Source of the DNA: Eubacteriales bacterium
GTDB taxonomy: Bacteria; Bacillota; Clostridia; Oscillospirales; CAG-272
Assembly: GCA_045654725.1 (NCBI GenBank)
Contig: JAZONX010000030.1
Span: 77,633-141,632, forward strand
Length of the DNA stretch: 64,000 nucleotides
Reading direction: 5' to 3'
Made by a program: the position numbers and the translations under genes. The notes under the pieces are model-generated. The model worked only from the letters and a program-made list of their open reading frames with translations, made no database searches and was not told the DNA's origin. How positions within the stretch are numbered: the stretch's first letter is position 1; every line of letters begins with the position of its first letter. Below, piece after piece: positions 44,449 to 54,485 of the stretch.

Positions 44449-44757
44449 ATGTTCGCTATTTTCGTAACAGGTGGAAAGCAGTACAAGGTTGCTGAGGGTG
44501 ACGTTATCTTCGTAGAGAAGCTTGGTCTTGCAGAAGGCGAGAAGGTTACTTTTGATAAGGTTCTCTGTGTTAACGGCGAAACTCTTTCTGTTGGTACTCC
44601 CTATGTTGAGGGCGCTACCGTAGTTGCTAACGTACTTAAGAACGGTAAGTCTAAGAAGATTGACGTTATTAGATACAAGGCAAAGAAAAACGAAAAGAAG
44701 AAGATCGGTCATCGTCAGGATTACACTAAGATCCAGATCGAGAAGATCGAGGCTTAA
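44449..44757 (+). CDS. rplU: 50S ribosomal protein L21
   Basis: [14 protein letters not shown] is the canonical L21 N-terminus. GTGAGGTG RBS. The ORF-track start is 15 nt upstream. Confidence 0.95.
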   Translation: MFAIFVTGGKQYKVAEGDVIFVEKLGLAEGEKVTFDKVLCVNGETLSVGTPYVEGATVVANVLKNGKSKKIDVIRYKAKKNEKKKIGHRQDYTKIQIEKIEA

Positions 44758-44762
44758 GTCAA

Positions 44763-45119
44763 ATGACTACAATCACATTTTATAAGACCGATGGATTCTA
44801 TTACGGATTTGAAGAGCAGGGACATACCGGTTATGGTGAGTCCGGCGAGGACATTTTGTGCTCGGCTCTGTCTAGTATGACGATGCTTATTATCAACGCA
44901 ATTGAAGTCACCTATGACTGCAACGTTGATTATACCATTGACGAGGAAACTACTGACATCCGTTTAATAGCAAAGTCAGCCCTTCCTAAGTACGAGAAGG
45001 ATGAAAAGAAACAGTTCGCTGTTGAGGGTCTTATTAAGGCTTATTTCTATCAGCTCATGGATCTTGTTGAGGAGTATTATGACTATCTCGACGTTAAGGA
45101 GATTGAGCGCGAGATTTAA
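44763..45119 (+). CDS. prp: Ribosomal-processing cysteine protease Prp
   Basis: About 115 aa lying between rplU and rpmA. GH..YG......D.LCSALS gives the His/Cys catalytic pair pattern. Confidence 0.8.
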   Translation: MTTITFYKTDGFYYGFEEQGHTGYGESGEDILCSALSSMTMLIINAIEVTYDCNVDYTIDEETTDIRLIAKSALPKYEKDEKKQFAVEGLIKAYFYQLMDLVEEYYDYLDVKEIEREI

Positions 45120-45169
45120 GCGCAACTTGTACGGCTAATCGGCCACGAATAATTATGGAGGAATACGAA

Positions 45170-45448
45170 ATGTTAAAGCTTAGTTTACAGTTCTTCGCCC
45201 ACAAGAAGGGTGTAGGTTCTACCAAGAACGGTCGTGATTCTGAGTCCAAGCGTCTAGGTGTTAAGAAGGCAGACGGTCAGTCTGTTCTTGCAGGTAACAT
45301 CATTGTTAGACAGCGTGGAACCAAGATTCATCCCGGTAATAACGTAGGTATCGGTTCTGACGATACTCTCTTCGCACTTGTTGACGGTGTTGTTAAGTTC
45401 GAGCACATCACCGGTGGCAAGAAGCAGGTTAGCGTTTACGCTGACTAA
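45170..45448 (+). CDS. rpmA: 50S ribosomal protein L27 with Prp-cleaved N-terminal extension
   Basis: [30 protein letters not shown] is the Firmicute pro-L27 leader plus the mature N-terminus. Confidence 0.95.
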   Translation: MLKLSLQFFAHKKGVGSTKNGRDSESKRLGVKKADGQSVLAGNIIVRQRGTKIHPGNNVGIGSDDTLFALVDGVVKFEHITGGKKQVSVYAD

Positions 45449-45456
45449 TATATGTA

Positions 45457-45488
45457 ATGGGCGACCTGTGTTATTATGGGTCGCCCAT
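45457..45488 (+). terminator. Hairpin after rpmA (no clear T-tail)
   Basis: 10-bp stem ATGGGCGACC/GGTCGCCCAT. Confidence 0.45.
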
Positions 45489-45526
45489 CGCTAACCAACA
45501 ATAATGATTGAAAGGTAGATTTTGAT

Positions 45527-46546
45527 ATGGCTATTCTTGTGACAGGTGGAACCGGTTATATTGGATCTCATACCACCGTTGAACTCATCTCCGCAGGCCA
45601 GGAAGTGATTATCGTTGATAATCTTTCTAACAGTAAGGCTCTTGTTCTTGATAGAATTGAAAAGATAACAGGTAAGCGTCCCATGTTCTATAAGGTTGAC
45701 TTGCTTAATAAAGAGTCTCTTAACGATGTGTTTAAAAAACATCCTGAAATTGATGCGGTGATTCACTTTGCAGGTCTTAAAGCTGTTGGTGAATCATGTG
45801 AAAAGCCAATTCTTTACTACCATAATAATATTACAGGCACACTTAACCTTATAGATTGTATGCTCTCTAATGGTGTAAATAGAATTGTATTCAGCTCCTC
45901 TGCTACAGTTTACGGTATGCCCAAAACAGTTCCTATTAGAGAAGACTTCCCAACTTCTACTACCAACCCGTATGGTGAAACCAAGCTAATGATAGAGCGC
46001 ATACTGAAGGATGTTTGTGACGCTAATCCCGTTTTCTCTGCATGCGTTTTACGATATTTTAATCCTATTGGAGCTCATGAGTCCGGACTGATTGGCGAGG
46101 ATCCCAAGGGAATCCCTAACAATCTTCTACCTTACGTAACTCAGGTTGCTATCGGCAAGCGTGCATATCTTAATGTATTTGGAAATGATTATCCTACTCA
46201 CGATGGCACCGGTGTACGTGACTACATTCATGTTGTAGATCTTTCTCTCGCTCACCTTGATGCTTTAAAATACACCGAGAAATTGCAAGGAATTGACTAT
46301 ATTAATGTAGGTACAGGTAAAGGATATTCTGTATTGGATATTGTAAAGGCCTTTGGAGATATATGGGGATCGCCCATTGAGTATAAAATAACCGAAAGAC
46401 GTCCCGGTGATATTGCCGAATGCTATGCAGATCCCACCAAGGCATACGAAATACTTGGTTGGAAGGCAAGATACGATCTAACAAGAATGTGTACTGACAG
46501 CGCAAGATGGCAAAGAAACAACCCTAACGGGTATCCTGAAGAATAA
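45527..46546 (+). CDS. galE: UDP-glucose 4-epimerase
   Basis: GGTGYIGSH Rossmann motif, YGETK catalytic motif, 339 aa. Confidence 0.9.
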   Translation: MAILVTGGTGYIGSHTTVELISAGQEVIIVDNLSNSKALVLDRIEKITGKRPMFYKVDLLNKESLNDVFKKHPEIDAVIHFAGLKAVGESCEKPILYYHNNITGTLNLIDCMLSNGVNRIVFSSSATVYGMPKTVPIREDFPTSTTNPYGETKLMIERILKDVCDANPVFSACVLRYFNPIGAHESGLIGEDPKGIPNNLLPYVTQVAIGKRAYLNVFGNDYPTHDGTGVRDYIHVVDLSLAHLDALKYTEKLQGIDYINVGTGKGYSVLDIVKAFGDIWGSPIEYKITERRPGDIAECYADPTKAYEILGWKARYDLTRMCTDSARWQRNNPNGYPEE

Positions 46547-46599
46547 ATATGGACAAAAAGACTGACATAAGTTGGTCTTTTTGCTTAAACGGAGCTATT

Positions 46600-47394
46600 A
46601 TGAAACTTAATGAGAAGAAATTGTTTCTCCTTGATATGGATGGAACTATATACCTTGATAACGATCTTTTCGAAGGTGCTCTCAACTTTTTGGAAGAGGT
46701 TAAAAGAAGTGGCGGTAGATATTTATTTGTCACTAACAACTCCTCAAAGTCAACAGATGCATACGTTAGAAAGTTGAAATCTATTGGTATTGACGCAAAC
46801 GAGGACGACTTCTTAACATCTACAGATGCTACAATTATTTATATTCAAGAGAAATACCCGGGCAGAAAGTTCTATTGCTTTGGAACTAAATCTTTTTACG
46901 ATCAACTTAGAACTGCAGGAATTAACGTTACAATCGAGCTCTCTGAAGACATTGACGGAATAGTAATGGGCAATGATAACGAGCTGAATTTTAAAAAGCT
47001 CGAGGATGCTTGCAAACTTTTGTGCAACGATATTATCTACATTGCCACAAACCCCGACTGGGTATGTCCTACATCTTTTGGATACGTTCCGGATTGCGGT
47101 TCTGTTGCAGAAATGCTTTTCCGCGCAACAGGTAAGAGACCTCATTTCATTGGTAAGCCGCGTCCTGAAATGCTGACTCTTGCTATAAAGAAATATGGAT
47201 ATTCCAAAGAAGAATCTATTATGATAGGCGACAGAGTTTATACCGATATTGCATCCGGATATAATGCCGGAATTGATACGATTTTTGTTTTATCAGGTGA
47301 GGGAACCATGGAAGATGTAAATAATGCCACTACTCCGCCTACATTCATTTTTAATAGTATTAAGGAAGTATACAAAGAAATTATACGTAAATAA
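46600..47394 (+). CDS. HAD-superfamily subfamily IIA hydrolase (NagD-like)
   Basis: LLDMDGTIY, TNNSSKS, GKP and GDRVYTDI motifs. Start at the ATG after ACGGAG. Confidence 0.75.
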   Translation: MKLNEKKLFLLDMDGTIYLDNDLFEGALNFLEEVKRSGGRYLFVTNNSSKSTDAYVRKLKSIGIDANEDDFLTSTDATIIYIQEKYPGRKFYCFGTKSFYDQLRTAGINVTIELSEDIDGIVMGNDNELNFKKLEDACKLLCNDIIYIATNPDWVCPTSFGYVPDCGSVAEMLFRATGKRPHFIGKPRPEMLTLAIKKYGYSKEESIMIGDRVYTDIASGYNAGIDTIFVLSGEGTMEDVNNATTPPTFIFNSIKEVYKEIIRK

Positions 47395-47400
47395 TAAATT

Positions 47401-47428
47401 AGCCCACCGATTTCACGGTGGGCTTTTC
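47401..47428 (+). terminator. Intrinsic terminator after the HAD gene
   Basis: Stem AGCCCACCG/CGGTGGGCT followed by TTTT. Confidence 0.75.
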
Positions 47429-47432
47429 ATAT

Positions 47433-47460
47433 AAAAAGGCGCCCCATAAGGGACGCCTTT
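47433..47460 (-). terminator. Intrinsic terminator after ispH/S1
   Basis: Minus strand AAAGGCGTCCC TTAT GGGGCGCCTTTTT. Confidence 0.7.
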
Positions 47461-47474
47461 ATCAATCTAATAAA

Positions 47475-49547
47475 TTAGATAGAACCTACAATGTAGGGAG
47501 CCATATCAGCTCTCTCCTGCTCAAGTCTAGCAGCTTCAGCAGCCTCTTCAGCAGCTCTTTCAGCTTCCTCAGCCTCTCTCTGCGCCTTTTCAGCAGCGCG
47601 TGCCTCTGCAGCTGCAGCTCTCTGCTCAGCCTCAATGATAGCTCTGATAGAAAGACCAAGCTTTCTGTTATCGTTGTCGATCTCAACGATCTTTACGTTA
47701 ACTTCGTCGCCAATCTTAAGAACGTCCGCGGGAGAATTGATTCTCTCGGTAGATATTCTGGAGATGTGGATAAGACCGTCAACATCCTCAAATACCTCAG
47801 CAAATGCACCGAAAGGCATAATAGAAACGATCTTAGCGGAAACGATATCACCAACGTTGTACTGCTGAGTGAACTTGTACCAGGAATCCATATCCTGAGT
47901 CTTATAGCCGAGAGAAATTCTCTTCTTCTCAACATCAAGCTCCTTGATATAAACCTTAAGCTCCTGTCCAACAGAAACTACCTGAGAAGGATGCTTGATT
48001 CTCTTCCAGGAAAGCTCGGAGTTGTGAACCATACCGTCAACGCCACCGATATCAACGAATGCACCGTAGTTAGCAAGATTTTTAACAACACCAACATACT
48101 CGTTACCAACTGCGAGAGTAGCCCAGATAGCATCTTCCTTAGCCTTCTTTTCCTCGTTAGCGATAACCTTGATAGAACCAAGAGCCTTCTTCTTGTCCAC
48201 GTCGAACTCAAGAAGACGAACCTTCTGTGTAGTACCAACAAGAACGGAGAGATCTCCACCCTTTGCGATACCGGTCTGGGAAGCAGGGATGAATACGGTA
48301 TTACCAAGATAGGAAAGAAGAACGCCACCTCTAATAGCGGAAACGATCTTGCCTTCAAGGTCAACCTTGTTCTCGAATGCATCTCTAAGAACTGTCCAGC
48401 TGTTATCAGCATCAACTCTCTTCTTAGATACGGTTGCGATGCCCTTACCATCTTCAACTCTGATTACGAAGACATCTACTGTGTCTCCAACCTTGAACAT
48501 TTCGGAAAGCTTGGCATCAGGATCATCAGTAATCTGCTCTTTAGTGAGCACGCCGGTGAACTTCGCACCGAGATCAAGCTTGATCTCGTTAGGGCCGATT
48601 GTGAAAACGGTACCGGTAACTGTTTCTCCTGTATGTAAAGTTTTGAGTGAGCCTTCCAACATTTGACTAAAGTTTTCCATTGCTTTAAAAACCTCCAATA
48701 TTATACCGTCGGGCGTGGAAGCACCCGCGGTTATTCCTGCGCTTTTAGCGCTGTCAGGAAAATCAGTTGATAATTCTGCCGCCGTTTCGATCCAAAGTGT
48801 TTTAGGACAGACCTCCTTGCAAAGACTATAGAGCTTTTGCGAATTAGAGCTGTTCTTTCCACCAATGACAATCATAGCGTCGGACTTTTTGGCAATCTCA
48901 ATTGCCTCATACTGACGATTTTCAGTGACACTACATATTGTATCAAAAAATTTTGCTTTTGTATATAGTTTTTTTAAAAAATTTTTAATTTGTATAAATT
49001 GCAACAAATTTTGCGTCGTTTGGGCGCATAAAATGGGCGTTTTGCCTTGTAAATCAATGCTTTCAAGGTCCTTTTGTGATGTTATTATTGCTTTTTGTCC
49101 ATTTGCATGACTAAAGATACCAATGGATTCCGGATGTGTATGTGAGCCAAAGAGAATGAAGAACGTATTATCGTTAGTGTTTTCTTCGGCAATTTTATGA
49201 ATCTTTTTTACAGAAGGGCAGGTCATATCAACGATTTTTACATTAGGATTTTCCATTTGAATTCTAAGTAAATAATCGTCAATTTCCTTGCTTACTCCGT
49301 GAGTTCGAATAACAAGAGTAATTCGATTGTTGGGGTTGTTTTTTACGATATTTTCTACATCGGATATTTGTATTGAAGAAACTCCATGAGATTTTAAATC
49401 TTCTACGTATCCTTTATTGTGAATTAAGTCACCGATAGTAAAAATTAAATCATTTTCGCTTTTGTTTTTTATTAATTCGCGAATAGTTATATCGGCTCGC
49501 CTGACACCCGGACAAAACCCTGCGTTTTTAGAAAGAATAATTTCCAA
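47475..49547 (-). CDS. ispH: Bifunctional 4-hydroxy-3-methylbut-2-enyl diphosphate reductase (IspH) / S1-domain protein
   Basis: N-terminal IspH (GFCPGVRRA and conserved Cys positions), followed by four S1 repeats (for example GDIVSAKIVSIMPFGAFAEV) and an Ala/Glu-rich tail. Confidence 0.85.
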   Translation of the reverse strand: MEIILSKNAGFCPGVRRADITIRELIKNKSENDLIFTIGDLIHNKGYVEDLKSHGVSSIQISDVENIVKNNPNNRITLVIRTHGVSKEIDDYLLRIQMENPNVKIVDMTCPSVKKIHKIAEENTNDNTFFILFGSHTHPESIGIFSHANGQKAIITSQKDLESIDLQGKTPILCAQTTQNLLQFIQIKNFLKKLYTKAKFFDTICSVTENRQYEAIEIAKKSDAMIVIGGKNSSNSQKLYSLCKEVCPKTLWIETAAELSTDFPDSAKSAGITAGASTPDGIILEVFKAMENFSQMLEGSLKTLHTGETVTGTVFTIGPNEIKLDLGAKFTGVLTKEQITDDPDAKLSEMFKVGDTVDVFVIRVEDGKGIATVSKKRVDADNSWTVLRDAFENKVDLEGKIVSAIRGGVLLSYLGNTVFIPASQTGIAKGGDLSVLVGTTQKVRLLEFDVDKKKALGSIKVIANEEKKAKEDAIWATLAVGNEYVGVVKNLANYGAFVDIGGVDGMVHNSELSWKRIKHPSQVVSVGQELKVYIKELDVEKKRISLGYKTQDMDSWYKFTQQYNVGDIVSAKIVSIMPFGAFAEVFEDVDGLIHISRISTERINSPADVLKIGDEVNVKIVEIDNDNRKLGLSIRAIIEAEQRAAAAEARAAEKAQREAEEAERAAEEAAEAARLEQERADMAPYIVGSI

Positions 49548-49549
49548 GA

Positions 49550-50902
49550 CTATCTCCTCTTTTTCTTATTCTTTTTCTTGTTTTTCTTTTCCATACGAAG
49601 ACGCTCGACCTCAGGATCAAAATCAGGAAGAGAAGAGAAATCGCCTAATTTAACAGTTTGTGCAAACACAGCCTCGGTTACAGTCGCATACTCATCTCTT
49701 CCGCCATTCAAGAAGCCAAGAGAGTCATATTTCATAGGCTCACCGAAAATTATCTCGGTCCTACGGAATAAACCGTATTTCCCCTTTTTGATATTAATGC
49801 ATACAGGAATTATGTCGCTTTTTGCGTGATAAGCTATAAGGCCTGCGCCATGTCTAAGCGGGGTTGTTCCGGGATTGACCGCGGGATATCTGTGTCCCTG
49901 TGGGAAAATTACGACAACTTTTCCGTTTTCAAGGCATCCAACAGAAGTTTTAATTGCACCAACGTCTGCGCCGCCACGGTCGATTTTAACCGCTCCAAGA
50001 GCCTTAACAAGTCCACCCAATACAGGAACAGAAAACAGTTCCTTTTTAGCAATACAGGTAATCTGACGAGGGCAGACAGCACCTATTGATATTACGTCGA
50101 GCGCTGCAATATGATTCGGGCAGAGAAGAACGCCTCCACTTTTCGGAACGTTCTCTTTACCTTTAACTCTAACATTGAAAATCAATCTATAAATTGGCCC
50201 CACGATTGCTTTAAGGAAAGAATATAAAGGAGTGGTATCTTTGATCTTTCTCTTTACAATCTTGAGAATGGCATCAACAGTTTCTGTTTCATTCAATTTA
50301 GAGTTATCAAGAAGAATCGCGTCCTTTGCTGGGACGCAAGGTGCTACGCTTCTGGTTGAATCGTTTTTGTCACGCTCAACCATTTCATTATAAACATCTT
50401 CGTATTTTACATCCTTACCTTTTGCAAGAAGCTCTTTATATCTTCTTTCAGCCCTCGCTTTCGGAGAAGCCGTAAGGAAAATCTTAACTTCAGCATTGGG
50501 CAAAATTACGGTACCGATGTCACGACCATCCATGATGACACTATTCTTTTTTGCAGTGTTACGTTGAATATCCAATAGAAAATCACGGACAGCGGGAATG
50601 GCACTTACGTTTGACGCAGCCATTGAAGCACTTGGTGTTCTTATTTCATCCCCACGGTCGACGCCATTTAGAAGAATAACCTGTCTACCGTTTTCAAACT
50701 TCATTTCGATATTAAGTTCGTTAAGCCTTGAAATAACCGCCTCATGGTCTTTGGTATCAATGCCTTGTTCCATCATGTATAGACCGATATTACGATATAG
50801 TGCGCCCGTGTCTACGTAAATAATACCCAGCGCTTTTGAAACAGCCCTGGCTACACTAGATTTACCGGCGCCACCAGGACCGTCTATTGCAATTCTTATC
50901 AT
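49550..50902 (-). CDS. cmk: Bifunctional cytidylate kinase / 1-acyl-sn-glycerol-3-phosphate acyltransferase
   Basis: N-terminal IAIDGPGGAGKSS P-loop of Cmk. The C-terminal half has the acyltransferase HX4D motif (NHIAALD) and FPQGHR, and ends in a Lys-rich tail. Confidence 0.85.
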   Translation of the reverse strand: MIRIAIDGPGGAGKSSVARAVSKALGIIYVDTGALYRNIGLYMMEQGIDTKDHEAVISRLNELNIEMKFENGRQVILLNGVDRGDEIRTPSASMAASNVSAIPAVRDFLLDIQRNTAKKNSVIMDGRDIGTVILPNAEVKIFLTASPKARAERRYKELLAKGKDVKYEDVYNEMVERDKNDSTRSVAPCVPAKDAILLDNSKLNETETVDAILKIVKRKIKDTTPLYSFLKAIVGPIYRLIFNVRVKGKENVPKSGGVLLCPNHIAALDVISIGAVCPRQITCIAKKELFSVPVLGGLVKALGAVKIDRGGADVGAIKTSVGCLENGKVVVIFPQGHRYPAVNPGTTPLRHGAGLIAYHAKSDIIPVCINIKKGKYGLFRRTEIIFGEPMKYDSLGFLNGGRDEYATVTEAVFAQTVKLGDFSSLPDFDPEVERLRMEKKNKKKNKKKRR

Positions 50903-50935
50903 ATTTTTTCTCCTGAAAAATGTGAGATTTTAACT

Positions 50936-52171
50936 TTAATAGGTTTCTGCCGCAGATTTTCCTGCCAAATATCCTGTAGAAAAGGCAATCTGAAGATTAT
51001 ATCCACCTGTATACGCATCAACATCGATTACTTCACCGCAGAAATAAAGCCCGGAAACAAGCTTCGATTCCATGGTTTTAGGGGAAATTTCTTTAACCTC
51101 AACCCCTCCGGATGTAACAATCGCTTCTTCAATCGGGCGATAACCGTCTATCGGAATTTCTAACTTTTTAAAAGCATTGAGAAGCGCTTTGCGTTCCTCT
51201 TTTGTAATTGAATTAACCTTTTTTCTTCCATCCACACCAGAATATTTTATGAAGGGTTCAATCATTTTCGTGGGAAGAAGATCATTAAGAGCGTTTATTA
51301 GGTCTTTGTTTGATTTCTTCGAAAAATCAGAAAGTAATCGAGCATCAAGGGTTTTCTCATCAAGTGCAGGTTTAAGATCAATCGAGAGTGTCAAAGTAGA
51401 AATGTCATATTTTCTAATATGTGCAGACGCAGAGAGAATAACAGGACCGGTAACTCCAAAATGAGCAAACATCATTTCACCAAAATCTTCGTAAACAACT
51501 ATTCCTGCCGCGTTTTTTATAGCGATTTTTATATTTTTCAGTGATAGTCCCTGCATTTCCTTGCAGTAACAAGAAGAGCTTTCCAAAGGAATAAGCGAGG
51601 GAATAAGTTCTGTGATGGTGTGACCTTGATTTATCGCTAACTTGTATCCGGAACCATCAGAGCCTGTTAAAGGATATGATTTGCCACCGGTAGCAAGAAT
51701 GACTTTATCAAAGGTGTAATTTGCTTTGCTTGTTGTAATAATAAAGTCATTTTCTTGATGCTTAAGCCCTTTAACCTTGTCATAAATTATCTTTGCGCCG
51801 GAAGAATAATTTCTCAAAGCGTTAACAACGTCTATCGCTCTATCACTCACAGGAAATACGCGTCTACCTCGCTCGGTTTTTAAGGGCACACCAAGTGATT
51901 CAAATAATTGTATTGTGTCTTCAGGTGAGAATGTAGCTAAAGCTGTATAAAGAAATCTGGGGTTTTTTGTAACGTTTTCCAAAAATTCATCGCGTGTGCA
52001 ATTATTGGTTACATTGCATCTCCCCTTACCAGTAATAGCAAGTTTCTTTCCAAGACGACCGGTTGACTCAAAAATAGTAACGTCCGCGCCATACATCGCA
52101 GCAGTACCAGCAGCCATCATTCCGGCAGCACCACCACCAATTACAGCTATTTTTATGTTATCGTTTAGCAT
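50936..52171 (-). CDS. HI0933/BaiN-family NAD(P)/FAD-dependent oxidoreductase
   Basis: VIGGGAAGMMAAG dinucleotide motif and GKGRCNVTN. The start is taken at the internal ATG (MLNDNIKIAVIGGG). Confidence 0.8.
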   Translation of the reverse strand: MLNDNIKIAVIGGGAAGMMAAGTAAMYGADVTIFESTGRLGKKLAITGKGRCNVTNNCTRDEFLENVTKNPRFLYTALATFSPEDTIQLFESLGVPLKTERGRRVFPVSDRAIDVVNALRNYSSGAKIIYDKVKGLKHQENDFIITTSKANYTFDKVILATGGKSYPLTGSDGSGYKLAINQGHTITELIPSLIPLESSSCYCKEMQGLSLKNIKIAIKNAAGIVVYEDFGEMMFAHFGVTGPVILSASAHIRKYDISTLTLSIDLKPALDEKTLDARLLSDFSKKSNKDLINALNDLLPTKMIEPFIKYSGVDGRKKVNSITKEERKALLNAFKKLEIPIDGYRPIEEAIVTSGGVEVKEISPKTMESKLVSGLYFCGEVIDVDAYTGGYNLQIAFSTGYLAGKSAAETY

Positions 52172-53015
52172 AAATTTCGTATTCGTCCCAAAGACGCTCA
52201 AGTGCGTCAAATCTTTCTGTAATCTCTTTCTCGCGTCTTGTTGTTATTTCAATAATAATTGCGTTAAGAATACTTAAAGGAGCAACGAGAGAGTCCATGA
52301 ACGATGCCATATCGGATTGCGCGATAAGAGTACAGTCTGCATATTCGACAAGGGGAGAAACGTCGGAATCGGTGAAGACAACTATTTTAGCATTATTGCG
52401 CTTTGCAAATTTAACACCGTTGATCATCTTTGTAGAATATCTCGGGAAGGAAAATGCAATCATAACGTCATCTTCGTTAATAGAATAAATCTGTTCAAAA
52501 ACCTCTGCTGAGGATGTAGGTACAACGAGCTTAACGTTGTCAAAAATAAGCGAGAGATTGTACGAGAGGTGTCTAGCGATAGGTTCCGCGCTTCTAGCGC
52601 CAGTAATATAAATATTTCTAGCCGAAAGAATGGCATCAACAGCTGCACTAAAGGAATTTCTGTCAAGATGCTCGAGAGTATATCGAATTTTATTTATATC
52701 GGAATTCATTACATTATCGATAATGTCACCTCTGCCAATACGAGCCTTAGTAACTTCGATACGCTGATTGGGTGTGAGCTTAATACGAACAAGTTCTTGG
52801 ATAGCAAGCTGGAATTGAGAGTATCCTTCGAAACCAAGCTCGTCTGCAAATCTAACAACAGTTGATTCAGAAACACCCACCATCTCGCCAAGTCTGGACG
52901 CAGTAAGATATGCAACCTTGTCATAATCATTAAGAACTGCGTTAGCAATCTTTTTTTGTCCCTTTGAGAGTGTGTGATATATAGATCTAATTCTTTCGGA
53001 AATGTCAGCAGCCAT
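52158..53015 (-). CDS. MurR/RpiR-family transcriptional regulator
   Basis: N-terminal HTH (SRLGEMVGVSESTVVRFA) plus a SIS domain. ATG is 8 nt after GAGGTG. Confidence 0.8.
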   Translation of the reverse strand: MAADISERIRSIYHTLSKGQKKIANAVLNDYDKVAYLTASRLGEMVGVSESTVVRFADELGFEGYSQFQLAIQELVRIKLTPNQRIEVTKARIGRGDIIDNVMNSDINKIRYTLEHLDRNSFSAAVDAILSARNIYITGARSAEPIARHLSYNLSLIFDNVKLVVPTSSAEVFEQIYSINEDDVMIAFSFPRYSTKMINGVKFAKRNNAKIVVFTDSDVSPLVEYADCTLIAQSDMASFMDSLVAPLSILNAIIIEITTRREKEITERFDALERLWDEYEIYAKR

Positions 53016-53050
53016 AATAAAACACCTCGATTTAATAAAATACAAAAATT

Positions 53051-53079
53051 ATTATAACATAATAACAAATATTTTGCAA
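53051..53079 (-). promoter_or_regulatory. Sigma-A type promoter for the rpiR-family gene
   Basis: Minus strand TTGCAA, 17 nt, TATAAT. Confidence 0.6.
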
Positions 53080-53083
53080 GGAG

Positions 53084-53130
53084 AAAAATAAAAAGAGTCG
53101 CTAAAAAATGAAGGTTTTTTCACGACTCTT
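53084..53130 (-). terminator. Terminator after the ABC transporter operon
   Basis: Minus strand AAGAGTCG..(22-nt loop)..CGACTCTT followed by TTTTATTTTT. Confidence 0.5.
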
Positions 53131-53152
53131 GCAAAAATGCATAAATTTCTTA

Positions 53153-53740
53153 TTAGTTTATGGCGATTTTGACGGAATTTAATTCATCTGCATCCGTGAT
53201 ATTGTGCGTAACAAGTATTATTAAACGATCACATGATAAATCTCGAATAATATCCTTTACAAGTTTTGCGTTCTCGTAATCAAGCTCCTTTGTAGGTTCA
53301 TCAAGTAAAAGAATAGGAGCCTTTTTGATAAATGCACGAGCAAGCGAAACTCGTTGCTTCATACCACCGGAAAGTTCATTAGGATATAACTGCATATCTT
53401 TTTCGGAAAAACCTAATCTTTGGAGCATTTTAGTTGCTAATTCAATTTCTGCCTCATTTTTTGATTTGAAATTCGATAAAACAATGTTATCCAATGCAGA
53501 AAGCTGCGGAAACAATCTATATTCTTGAAAAGCAAATGAAACATTTCCAATACCACCGCCAACGATACTTCCTTCAAATTCTGTGTCAAGACCAGCAATA
53601 AGGCGAAGCAGAGTTGTTTTACCTATGCCGCTTACACCTGTTATGACGCAAAGACCTTTATCCGGAAAAGAAAAAGAAAAATCTGTAAAAATCTTTTTAT
53701 CACCAAAGGTTTTAGTTAAATTTTTAATCTCAAGACCCAT
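53153..53740 (-). CDS. ABC transporter ATP-binding protein (compact, 195 aa)
   Basis: Walker A GVSGIGKTT, signature LSGGMKQR, Walker B ILLLDEP, H-loop VTHN. Confidence 0.85.
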   Translation of the reverse strand: MGLEIKNLTKTFGDKKIFTDFSFSFPDKGLCVITGVSGIGKTTLLRLIAGLDTEFEGSIVGGGIGNVSFAFQEYRLFPQLSALDNIVLSNFKSKNEAEIELATKMLQRLGFSEKDMQLYPNELSGGMKQRVSLARAFIKKAPILLLDEPTKELDYENAKLVKDIIRDLSCDRLIILVTHNITDADELNSVKIAIN

Positions 53741-54485
53741 TTTTGCTCCTCCTAAGAATGAATCTCGTAGCAGACTCCAAAATAATACTAAAGAAAATTA
53801 TTATTAGTGTCCATGCAAATACTGTTGCGGTGTCCATATTGTATTTTGCATCGTTAATCCCTTGGCCGATAGAGTTTTTTGTGTATGCAATTATCTCTGC
53901 CGCAATTTCAGCCTTCCAGGCGAGACCTGATGATGTAATAATAGCCGGAAAAAGAAATTTCTTGACAGTAGGGAAGACAAGTAAACGTATCTTCTTTAAG
54001 GTTGAAAATTCAAAAATTTTTGCAACTTCAAGTAGGCTTTTATCTACAGATAAAATGGCATCTATAGTGCTTTGCCAGATTATTGGCAGAACCATTATAA
54101 ACCCAATAAATATAGACAGTTTATCTCCGCTCATGAGTACCCACAAGATAACAATAAAAGAGGCTACAGGTGTTGAGCGTACTATAGTTATCATTGGTGA
54201 GAAGATATCATTTACAAAGGATATTCTATCACATAAAATTGCAAGTAAAACGCCAAATACACATCCAAGAGCAAGCCCGGTCACAACCCTAAAAAAACTA
54301 AAAAAAACAGCTTTGTATAAAGACTTTTGTTTCAATAGAACAATTAGCGCATCAAAAGTTTTCTCAATACCCGGAAGCATAAAATTGTTGTTAACAATAC
54401 GAGATCCAATATGCCACACAATCAACCAGAACATTAATGGCAATATTATTTTTTTTATTTTACTTAACATAATAAATCGACTCAT
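53730..54485 (-). CDS. ABC transporter permease (NitT/TauT-like)
   Basis: Six hydrophobic segments. Overlaps both neighbours. The start is uncertain (ATG 54485 or 54470). Confidence 0.75.
   Translation of the reverse strand: MSRFIMLSKIKKIILPLMFWLIVWHIGSRIVNNNFMLPGIEKTFDALIVLLKQKSLYKAVFFSFFRVVTGLALGCVFGVLLAILCDRISFVNDIFSPMITIVRSTPVASFIVILWVLMSGDKLSIFIGFIMVLPIIWQSTIDAILSVDKSLLEVAKIFEFSTLKKIRLLVFPTVKKFLFPAIITSSGLAWKAEIAAEIIAYTKNSIGQGINDAKYNMDTATVFAWTLIIIFFSIILESATRFILRRSKNGS

Noticed and set aside
47418-48638. 406-aa ORF on the plus strand
   Set aside because: Antisense to the S1-domain half of ispH/S1. The product is Ser/Leu-rich and repetitive with no recognisable domain, and the start lies inside a terminator region.
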